Source: Candidatus Zixiibacteriota bacterium (GTDB taxonomy: Bacteria; Zixibacteria; MSB-5A5; GN15; FEB-12). From it: a DNA stretch of 64,000 nt. Below the pieces are notes generated by a model. That model saw only the letters and a list, made by a program, of their open reading frames with translations. It had not been told where the DNA came from and did not search any database. Below are positions 51,330 through 59,150 of this stretch, one piece after another. The position numbers were made by a program, and so were the translations under genes. Numbering within the stretch: the stretch's first letter is position 1; each line of letters starts with the position of its first letter. The DNA lies in assembly GCA_022571985.1 (NCBI GenBank), contig JACZWU010000007.1, positions 25,986-89,985 on the forward strand. The letters run 5' to 3'.

Positions 51330-52285
51330 AAATTAGAATTTTCATAGCTGCCATATCTCTTATCGCAGTACCAGTTTTTACTTTAGCGGCTGCAGAATCA
51401 AACAGAACCCCGGTGCAGCTTCAAAAAAGGATAGATTCAATATTTGTGATAGCGTCATCGGGTGAGCTTAAATATCGTGACAAGGTTGACCCGGCTATAG
51501 AGTCCCTGGCAAAACTTGGGGCCAAGGCAGCCCCGCCTTTGATTGATAAGTTCACGACTAAGTCTGCCAGAGAGCGCCTGACGATAATAAAGATTCTCAA
51601 GAAAATCGGCTCGCCGGCTCTGCCAGATTTGATTGATGCTCTGAGCCGGCCTGAGTGGCTGGTGGTAAAACGGGTCTGCTGGACACTGGGGGATATCAGC
51701 GATGTGGCTGCTGTCTCTTCACTAATTGGTGTAGTCGGTCATGACAACTGGCAGGTTAGAGAATACAGCATCAGGGCGCTGGGGAAAATAGGAGATTTGC
51801 AGGCTGTGGCAGCTGTTATAAATTCGTTTAAGGACCCGGTGGGACAGGTGAGGAAAGCGGCGGTAGTTTCTGCCGGCCAATTAAACTCGGCTGAAACAAT
51901 CTCATATCTGATTCAGATACTGGGAGATGCTTACTACGGCGCCAGATTGTCAGCGGTTGAAGCCTTGCTTACCAAGGACACGACCTTGTTGTTAGCACAG
52001 TTAAAAGAAACGCTTAAATCGGCCAGCGGCTTAAAAGCAAAACTGGCCATGAAAGTACTTGGACAAATCGGCAATGATGAAGCTATGGATATTCTTTCAG
52101 AGCAGCTAAATTCCGGCAACCGGCAAAAAGTAGTAGACGCTGCCATTGCGATTGTGTCAGCCGACCCCAAAAATATCTGCGGTTACCATGAAAGCATATT
52201 CGAAAAAGTCAAAGGCAGATTGGACCTTCTTAAAATCAAATCGGTCAGGGCATCAGCGGGCGATGGCACGCACTCGGCTAACTGA
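51326..52285 (+). CDS. Periplasmic HEAT-repeat (PBS-lyase type) protein
   Basis: ATGA overlap with the upstream gene. Signal peptide MKIRIFIAAISLIAVPVFTLAAA. Repeated ...VR..A..ALG.IGD..AV..L motifs. Confidence 0.7.
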   Translation: MKIRIFIAAISLIAVPVFTLAAAESNRTPVQLQKRIDSIFVIASSGELKYRDKVDPAIESLAKLGAKAAPPLIDKFTTKSARERLTIIKILKKIGSPALPDLIDALSRPEWLVVKRVCWTLGDISDVAAVSSLIGVVGHDNWQVREYSIRALGKIGDLQAVAAVINSFKDPVGQVRKAAVVSAGQLNSAETISYLIQILGDAYYGARLSAVEALLTKDTTLLLAQLKETLKSASGLKAKLAMKVLGQIGNDEAMDILSEQLNSGNRQKVVDAAIAIVSADPKNICGYHESIFEKVKGRLDLLKIKSVRASAGDGTHSAN

Positions 52286-53513
52286 TCAGCTCAAGCGACT
52301 AGAAGGGCATATGGGTGTCGGTTCACCGGCAATGCCTATGTCTATATCTATGTTAAAGTCTAAGCCAAAAATTCCGAGTCGTTATTTAGATTTCGCAGGA
52401 GCTCTCGGCGGCAAACTGATAACAAACAGCGCCGGAAATTACTGTCTTATTCGCACAGTTTTTCCGCTAGGCTATAGGCACGGCAGCTATGAGCTTACTG
52501 CCGCCGAAATAAATAGTTCGCTGCCACTGGCTGCTTTTGATGTCAGCTGCAACAGCGAGACAATCGACTTAAGCTCAGTTCTGTTTATTGACACCGAAAC
52601 AACCGGACTGGGCGGCGCCGGAGCAGTAGCTTTCTTAATAGGAGTAGGCAGGATAATTGACGAAGGTTTTGAACTGTTACAGTACATTATTCCCGACTAC
52701 TCAGACGAAACCGCCATGCTGGAAGATTTAAATAGTATTTTCAGTGACGAGCTGGCGGTCGTAACTTTTAATGGCAAATCGTTTGATTTACCGCTTCTGA
52801 CTGACAGATTGATAATCAATCGTGTCGGACGAAAACTCAGCTTCAAGCATCATCTGGACTTGCTTCATTCCTCGCGAAGGCTTTTTAAGCGACGGCTGCA
52901 AAGTTGTACTCTGATAAATCTCGAAAGAGAACTGTTTGATTTTAATCGCATAGACGACATTCCCGGTTACCTGGTGCCGTCGGTATTTTTCGACTGGCTC
53001 AATAGTGAAGATCTTTCCATGATGAATGCTGTAATCGAGCACAACCGGCTGGATATTGTTTCTCTTTTCTTTTTAGCCAGGCTAATATCCGAGGCGTATT
53101 CCACCACCGGCGGTAGTCTGGACTATTCAGAGGACCTGCACTCGCTCTCAAAATGGTATGACCGGCGCCGAGAGCGCGAAAAAATAGAAGTTGTTTATAG
53201 CCAGGCTGAAAGGTTATCAGAAAACATGAGCGCCGAAGCAGTCTTGTTTTATGCCCGAAGTTTTAAGCGACAAAAAAAATTTGATGAAAGCATAGAACTG
53301 CTTTCTAAAATAACGTCCGATGATTCCAAATATGGTTTTTCAGCAAATATAGAACTGGCTGTTCACTATGAACACCGTACCAAAGAATTGCTCAAAGCGC
53401 TGGAGCACGCTACGCAGGCCGGAAAAAACCGGGAGATTCCTGCCAGTCAGAAAGTGAACTTGAGCAAACGAGTTGAGCGTTTAAAACTAAAACTAAAACT
53501 TAAAAACAAGTAA
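52263..53513 (+). CDS. YprB-type RNase H-like (predicted 3'-5' exonuclease fold) protein with helical/TPR-like C-terminus
   Basis: ATG 52263 overlaps the HEAT gene by 23 nt. VLFIDTETTGLG, VVTFNGKSFDLPLL, HLDLL and EHNRLDIVSL match the COG3359 pattern. Confidence 0.7.
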   Translation: MARTRLTDQLKRLEGHMGVGSPAMPMSISMLKSKPKIPSRYLDFAGALGGKLITNSAGNYCLIRTVFPLGYRHGSYELTAAEINSSLPLAAFDVSCNSETIDLSSVLFIDTETTGLGGAGAVAFLIGVGRIIDEGFELLQYIIPDYSDETAMLEDLNSIFSDELAVVTFNGKSFDLPLLTDRLIINRVGRKLSFKHHLDLLHSSRRLFKRRLQSCTLINLERELFDFNRIDDIPGYLVPSVFFDWLNSEDLSMMNAVIEHNRLDIVSLFFLARLISEAYSTTGGSLDYSEDLHSLSKWYDRRREREKIEVVYSQAERLSENMSAEAVLFYARSFKRQKKFDESIELLSKITSDDSKYGFSANIELAVHYEHRTKELLKALEHATQAGKNREIPASQKVNLSKRVERLKLKLKLKNK

Positions 53514-53531
53514 GCTAACGGCGGATAAATT

Positions 53532-55610
53532 TTAGTTCGACTCTTTTACGATAATAACGGATCGGTTGCCTTTTACAGCCAGTAGATTCGAAGCCTTCCC
53601 TAACTCAACTTGTGCGGTTTGCAGGCCGTGTTTATCAGAAATTGCGATGGCCTGAAAATCTGAAACATTTATGGTGCCGTTTTGTGTTTCCATCGTCAAC
53701 AGAAGATTGATGCGCGGTGACAGGCCGAGGATAATTCTGCCGCCGCTGGCAACTACGGACGATTTCCCCTTGAGCTGCTCCAGCAGTTCCATAAAGACGT
53801 CACCGTTGTTGCTTTTGATATTTATCGGCCCGACAATGTACGAAGTAAATATCTTGCCGTAGCTATTGCTGATATCCAGACTGCCGCCAATTTTTTCCAC
53901 TTCTATGACAGCATTGGCGTTTTCGAGTCTGGCTGAGCCGGTGACGTTATAAACCTTTAGAGGTTCGAACGAATTAAATATAACCAGATCGCCATCAATA
54001 TGGCTGGCGCTGACGTAACCGTTTCTATTATTGACATGAACTTTTCCGGAGTGGTGATCGATATCTACCCGGCCGCTGCTGCGGACAGTCAAATCACCCT
54101 CAGAGTAAGTTATTTCAACTGCGCCATGTGAGTTGTCTACTTCGATTTTGCCGCTGCAGTTCTGAATGCTGACCGGGCCGCCCATACGATTTTGAACTAA
54201 GATATCGCCCGATACTTTTTCAAGTTCTATTTTTCCGCCGCTGTTGACTATTTCTATATCACCTTCGATTTTATACAAATTTATAAAGCTGTTACTTGAT
54301 TTAATCTTTATATCATTCTCAAGCTCACTCAAGCTTACCCGGCCGGCTGAATTGTTAATATTCAAATCATTTTTAAAAGGAACCATCAGATTAAGATGGC
54401 TTTCAATAATCCTGGTCCGCAGGTCAGTAAGCTTCGGCACGACGGCCTCGATATACACGTTATGTTTTTCTTCAAACATTCTTATCTGAATCTGCCGGCC
54501 AAACTTTTCAGCCAGACCCGGTTTGACCGAAACAATTGAAATATCATAGCTGGCCGAGACCTGGTCTTTATCCCAGCCGGTTATGCTCAATTTGCCGAAC
54601 GGGTTAATTACCATTATTACAGATTTCCCGGAAGATATGCCTATGCTGTCGCGGAAAGTTTTTACAAAAGTATTTGAATTACCACTATGAAAAAAGTGTA
54701 TGTTCTGAACACGCTCACCAGCCGGCCATTTTGGTGGTCTGGGAGGTTCGGGTAATTCAGAGATTTCAGGTACAGAGACGACAACCGGAGCGAATCCATC
54801 AGAGGAAAGAATTACCCGGGTAATATCGCCATTGCTATTTGCCGTTACTTGTATTTCAGGAATATTTATTAGCGCTACTACTTCTGCCAGCCTGGCCAGG
54901 GAATCCTGCATAACTGTTACAACGTATTGCTGAATAACCCGGCGGCGAATTTTATCCCCTGCGGTTTTGGAGATTACTTCTATTACAAGCTGTTCTTTTA
55001 AAAGGTCGAGCTCTGTTATAAGTGATTTTGTCAGGCGGAGCGCTTTCAATCTCTCCTTGGTGCGTTTAATTTCACCGCTGTGTAATGCCTCTCTATTTCT
55101 GGCACGAGACAAACTTTTCTTTCTCAGGGACAGCTCCCCTTTCAATTCTTCAATCTCTACGATCAGCTCATCCAGATTATCATAGTAGCCTGACTTTGAG
55201 AGATTGCTGCAAAGATTTTGAAGAGACTTGAAGTTTTGAGCGGCATCCTTGTTGTCAAGTCTTTCAAAATATCGGCAGTAGTCAGTACTCAAATATATTA
55301 ACTGCTCCAGAAGATAAGCGTACTCTTCGGCCAGCTTGCGCGTCTCTTTGTCCATTTTCATCAGATTTCCGCGCCGGTCACTGTCGGCTTTGGGAGCATT
55401 CTGGCCATGCCCGGTGCCGGCAAGCAAGAGAAGGCTCAGAGTCAGAGCAATGGCCGTAATGAAAAGAGAAAGGCTACGATCCCGCCAGCTGATAACACCC
55501 GCCTTGGGTTTGCGGGTACCGTTGCCAGAACCATCCCAGGGGTTCTCACCAGCAGTAGAACTCTGCCAGAATTCAGATTGGTTCAAATTATGTCTGTTGT
55601 GATATCTCAT
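53532..55610 (-). CDS. Membrane-anchored coiled-coil protein with C-terminal DUF4097-like beta-helix repeats
   Basis: One TM (LSLFITAIALTLSLLLLAG), a heptad-rich segment, then many (G)xIxVxxxxGdl-type repeats (GKIELEKVSGDILVQN, GKIEVDNSHGAVEITYSEGDLTV, ...). Confidence 0.6.
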   Translation of the reverse strand: MRYHNRHNLNQSEFWQSSTAGENPWDGSGNGTRKPKAGVISWRDRSLSLFITAIALTLSLLLLAGTGHGQNAPKADSDRRGNLMKMDKETRKLAEEYAYLLEQLIYLSTDYCRYFERLDNKDAAQNFKSLQNLCSNLSKSGYYDNLDELIVEIEELKGELSLRKKSLSRARNREALHSGEIKRTKERLKALRLTKSLITELDLLKEQLVIEVISKTAGDKIRRRVIQQYVVTVMQDSLARLAEVVALINIPEIQVTANSNGDITRVILSSDGFAPVVVSVPEISELPEPPRPPKWPAGERVQNIHFFHSGNSNTFVKTFRDSIGISSGKSVIMVINPFGKLSITGWDKDQVSASYDISIVSVKPGLAEKFGRQIQIRMFEEKHNVYIEAVVPKLTDLRTRIIESHLNLMVPFKNDLNINNSAGRVSLSELENDIKIKSSNSFINLYKIEGDIEIVNSGGKIELEKVSGDILVQNRMGGPVSIQNCSGKIEVDNSHGAVEITYSEGDLTVRSSGRVDIDHHSGKVHVNNRNGYVSASHIDGDLVIFNSFEPLKVYNVTGSARLENANAVIEVEKIGGSLDISNSYGKIFTSYIVGPINIKSNNGDVFMELLEQLKGKSSVVASGGRIILGLSPRINLLLTMETQNGTINVSDFQAIAISDKHGLQTAQVELGKASNLLAVKGNRSVIIVKESN

Positions 55611-55809
55611 AGAAAATAGCGCTAACTTTATATGTCTCAGTCCTTTGAGTTTACTTTTTACCGGCAGCAGCTGTCCGCTGCTCTTTATACTCTTAATACT
55701 TACGGATTATTATAGCTTTAGTTTCGGGTCTGCGCAAAGAAAAACTGTGAGTATCTCATTGAAATACAGAAACTTACCAGAAGGCTCAGAACTTTGTTCG
55801 GCAATAAAT

Positions 55810-56823
55810 CTAAAAAATCAGCCCTAAGTTAATTCCGAATCGAAACTGGCTGGATTTCAGGTCATGAGGCAGGCCGCCAAACGAAGTACCTACTGGCCTT
55901 TCGTTCGGGCCGGCATCGGCATACTGCTCAAAAGTCTGGGTGGCATCAACTGAGAAGTAATCATAACTGGCCTGGAATTCTACAAAAGGCTGGCCGCCTG
56001 AAATTTGATTATTTAAGTCCCAGCGAATATTGCCACCGCTGAGAATTCCGGTGCCGGTGCCGTCGGCAAAAGTGTGAAATCCTCTGAGCAGGTGGTCATC
56101 AAAATCTTCGGCCCAGACCATAGTAAAAGCCGATTTTAAGCTGAGCTGAACTTTTGATGAGAATTCTTTTTGAAAAGAAAGACCGAACTTTGGTCCTTTA
56201 TAAGTTATCCAGTAATCAATAGCCGGCTCTGTTCCGGATTGTGGCTGCTGGGTTAGATTCGAATCTATATACCAGCCGCTGAAACCGATTATTTCCTGCT
56301 CTATTTTTTGATAGCGGTAGCCGCCCAAAATTGAAATGGAAGCTCCGCCAAAATCAAAAATAAGCGCCGTGCCTTCGATATCAAACATCAGCATTTTCAT
56401 CTTGGCGTCGGACTCGGTGTAGCTGATTTTTCCGTCAAAATATGTCGGTAAAGAAAGCCAGTCATGGTCTTTCATCAGACTGCCCGGGTCGCCAATATTG
56501 GTGTAGAGTCCAAGCTCCACTGTCCAGATTGTTTTCTCTTCGTTACTTTTTATTATGCCGATTCTGCCGCCGGCCATCGCGACATCCAGCGGGAATTCCA
56601 GAAGACTTCTGATGGCGTAATCAACGGTGTCGCCTGAAGGCAAAATTACCGGATAAGAAATATTATAATCATATTCTGTCTCGCCGGACATTTTCCAGAA
56701 AGAGGGTTTGACTGTGAAATTTATCTGAGTCGGTAAAGAAATTTCTTCGAATTCAACCTGATCCTGGGCCGACAGAGTTGCTGCAAGAAAAATAAGAATA
56801 GCGAAAACATAAACGAGTTTCAT
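55810..56823 (-). CDS. Omptin-like outer-membrane beta-barrel protease
   Basis: Signal peptide, alternating beta pattern, terminal F. MKDHDWL aligns with OmpT MVDQDWM (Asp83/Asp85). EDFDDHLL aligns with SDNDEHY (Asp210/His212). Confidence 0.5.
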   Translation of the reverse strand: MKLVYVFAILIFLAATLSAQDQVEFEEISLPTQINFTVKPSFWKMSGETEYDYNISYPVILPSGDTVDYAIRSLLEFPLDVAMAGGRIGIIKSNEEKTIWTVELGLYTNIGDPGSLMKDHDWLSLPTYFDGKISYTESDAKMKMLMFDIEGTALIFDFGGASISILGGYRYQKIEQEIIGFSGWYIDSNLTQQPQSGTEPAIDYWITYKGPKFGLSFQKEFSSKVQLSLKSAFTMVWAEDFDDHLLRGFHTFADGTGTGILSGGNIRWDLNNQISGGQPFVEFQASYDYFSVDATQTFEQYADAGPNERPVGTSFGGLPHDLKSSQFRFGINLGLIF

Positions 56824-56928
56824 AGCCTATCTCCACACTTAAGAGTGATGTAGAAAATCTACGTTATACATTAGGAGATAAGCCGAATGATGTCAAGCCT
56901 GGTGCTGAATTTCGAAAAACGTGAGAGT

Positions 56929-57699
56929 TTACTGCGGGAAAAAGAGTGCACCGAAATCCTGAAAGAAGTGCGCGATAACCGGTGGCCAGATAGAGCCGGT
57001 GCGGATGTACAGCCAGGAGAACATAGCGCCGTAAATCGAAATCAATATAAATCCGGGTAGTCCCTGATAGGCATGGCAGGCACCGAAGACCACCGCCGAA
57101 ACAATGGTAGGAATAACCCAGTTTTGAAAATTGCCAATCAATCTCAAACGTGTCATCAGGTAGCCGCGAAAGGCAGCTTCTTCGCAGAATCCCGCGGTAA
57201 AAGATAAAAAGACCCAGACAATTCTGCCGGTGGTGTCTTGCGGAAACAGAAGTGAAATTTCTCCGGGCATAGGTAGTCCCACTTCAGCCAGCAGCATGGC
57301 CACGCCGGTTAAGATTAGATTTGAAGCCGCCAGGAAGGCGAGAGCCCAGGCAAAATGAAGCGGTTGAATTTTATTGAAGCCAATACCGGCCAGGTCGGTT
57401 TTCTCTCTGGTTACGGCTCCGAATATCAGAAGAAACAGGCACCATTGAATAATCATAGTGCTGATGAACAGAACCAGCCGGGTGGTGTCGTTGAGTCCGT
57501 CCAGCATTTTGGTCGGGTCCTCACCCGGCGCTATCGAGGCAATCGGATAAAGAATCATTAAAAATGCCAGCGCTATCCAGGTCACAGCAGATTTCCGGAA
57601 AGACTCGTTCCGGGTTTCAAATTTGAAACGTTTGGTCTCTTCTGTTTCCTCCGGCTGCGGACTGTAGACTTCTACTCTTTCAAACTGTTCGGTGCTCAA
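56929..57699 (-). CDS. CPBP-family (CAAX/Abi) intramembrane glutamic protease
   Basis: FCEEAAFRGYL (EExxxR), FGACHAY, VIAHFFQD. TTG start preceded by GAGGA. Confidence 0.8.
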   Translation of the reverse strand: MSTEQFERVEVYSPQPEETEETKRFKFETRNESFRKSAVTWIALAFLMILYPIASIAPGEDPTKMLDGLNDTTRLVLFISTMIIQWCLFLLIFGAVTREKTDLAGIGFNKIQPLHFAWALAFLAASNLILTGVAMLLAEVGLPMPGEISLLFPQDTTGRIVWVFLSFTAGFCEEAAFRGYLMTRLRLIGNFQNWVIPTIVSAVVFGACHAYQGLPGFILISIYGAMFSWLYIRTGSIWPPVIAHFFQDFGALFFPQ

Positions 57700-57908
57700 A
57701 AATTTTCCTCAAATTTGTCCATCTAATGGTTATCGACCATTTGCGAGATTCAATTTAATCTCTTAAGAGCCGCCAGTCCAGCAGAGACTCGGTTTGTGAT
57801 TCATGTGATATTCACTCCTCGAAATGTGAAATTGAAGTGTTGATAGCCTCGTTGTAGCCAGGCGGTCATCGGGTGGGCTATGCTAAGCTAAAAAAAAGGA
57901 GCCGCAAA

Positions 57909-58412
57909 ATGCCCGGTAGCCGCATTATCTATCAAAACTGGATAGTAGAGCTGGGACTGGACCCGCTTAAAATCAAAAACTTCTTTGACATAATTGAAAC
58001 CGGCAGCGAAAAGTCCGCAGAGATCGACCGCCAGGTCAAACAGGCCATGGAAAGCCTCTCAGAAGATGAGATGGAGTTTGTCATTCGCTTTTATTTTATG
58101 GGGCAGGGTTACAACGAAATCTCGGAAAAGTCAGGACGGGTTAATCACAAACTCGAAGCTCTGCATAAACGGGCGATCCGCAAGCTGAAAACCCGTCTGC
58201 AGCCGTTTGTCAAAAAAAGCTTCGGCATAAAAATTAAAAAAGGAAAGTCCTGTCTGATTTGTGATTCGCCAAAGCGAGCCAAAATTGACAGAATAATTTT
58301 GAAGAAGAAAGCGGAAGAGACCTGGAGTCCGGTGATGAAACGTATTTTTGAAAAGTTTGGATTAAAAATAAAGTCACCGCAGACGTTGATTGGACATCAG
58401 AAATATCATTAA
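57909..58412 (+). CDS. Sigma-70 region-4-like HTH protein with C-terminal CxxC...HxxxH element
   Basis: AGGAG RBS. LSEDEMEFVIRFYFMGQGYNEISEKSGRVNHKLEALHKRAIRKLK resembles sigma region 4 / LuxR-type HTH. No region 2. C-terminus CLICD...HQKYH. Confidence 0.5.
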   Translation: MPGSRIIYQNWIVELGLDPLKIKNFFDIIETGSEKSAEIDRQVKQAMESLSEDEMEFVIRFYFMGQGYNEISEKSGRVNHKLEALHKRAIRKLKTRLQPFVKKSFGIKIKKGKSCLICDSPKRAKIDRIILKKKAEETWSPVMKRIFEKFGLKIKSPQTLIGHQKYH

Positions 58413-58645
58413 CGAAGTCATACTTCGACAGGCTCAGCATGACTTCCGGAAGAGTCTGCGTCATGGTGAGCTTGTCGAACCGGATGCAGATTATGGAAGA
58501 GACAGCTTGCCGACAGGCCCTTCGACCCTTCGGCTACGCTCAGGACAAGCGCAGGCTCAGGGTGGCTGTCGCAAATTTGGTCACCCATACTTCGACTCCG
58601 CTCAGTATGACGTACTTAGAAGCAGAGACACCCACATAACAAACA
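58413..58645. repeat. Dense cluster of mosaic hairpin repeat modules
   Basis: At least five gtca(t/c)nctgagc...gtcgaag-type modules in both orientations: 58423-58443, 58460-58483, 58526-58546, 58548-58565, 58587-58611. Confidence 0.75.
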
Positions 58646-58657
58646 AGGAGAAAATTT

Positions 58658-58912
58658 ATGACAACAGAAACCAAAAAAGAGCGACTGCGCGGCGGGCACT
58701 GTCTCAACATTTTTGTCTCGTACGAGCTCAAAGAACGGCTCAAAAAATTGGCGCAAAAATATGACCGGACTACTTCAGATATGGTCAGAGCCGTATTGAA
58801 AATCGGCATCCCGATGATGGAAGGCTTGTCCGAAGCCGAGGAGATTATGGTCAGAGAGTACGTGCAGCTTTTCAGAAAGTTGAGACAGGTGAAATCGCTG
58901 AAGGAGATATAG
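58658..58912 (+). CDS. Ribbon-helix-helix (CopG/antitoxin-like) DNA-binding protein
   Basis: AAGGAG RBS. LNIFVSYELKERLKKLAQKYDRTTSDMVRAVLKIG fits the beta-strand-helix-helix pattern. Confidence 0.55.
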   Translation: MTTETKKERLRGGHCLNIFVSYELKERLKKLAQKYDRTTSDMVRAVLKIGIPMMEGLSEAEEIMVREYVQLFRKLRQVKSLKEI

Positions 58913-58935
58913 GGGGGAGATTGTGTACTCCTCAC

Positions 58936-59108
58936 AAGCGTCAGGGTGACCCGGACACACTTGGCAGGTCATGCTGAGCGAACAAGGTCCCTAGTACTCG
59001 AGGGAGTCGAAGCATGAATCAAGCAGAAGATGGATTCCAGCCTCCGCTGGAAAGACAGAAGGCGCTGGAATGAAAAATCTTGGGTCGCCCACTGCTTGCG
59101 GTGGGATC
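58936..59108. repeat. Cluster of mosaic hairpin repeat modules (same three module types as 1-118)
   Basis: Modules: gtcatgctgagcgaac...gtcgaagcatga (58968-59017), agatggattccagcctccgctggaaagaca...ggaatga (59028-59073), cgcccactgcttgcggtgggatc (59087-59108). Confidence 0.75.
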
Positions 59109-59150
59109 CTAACGGAAATAATCCCGTGATAAATGGTGGAGCACCTAGAT

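Noticed and set aside
58390-58935. ORFs 58390-58764 (+), 58439-58639 (+) and 58540-58935 (-), read through the intergenic region.
   Set aside because: They are composed almost entirely of translated hairpin repeat modules and overlap the RHH gene. 3192-3383 is the same artefact.
58413-59108. Possibility that the repeat clusters (also 1-118, 2921-3281, 10213-10408, 38124-38235) are CRISPR arrays.
   Set aside because: The repeats belong to several different module types, occur in both orientations and are irregularly spaced with no unique spacers of uniform length. No cas genes are present in the window.
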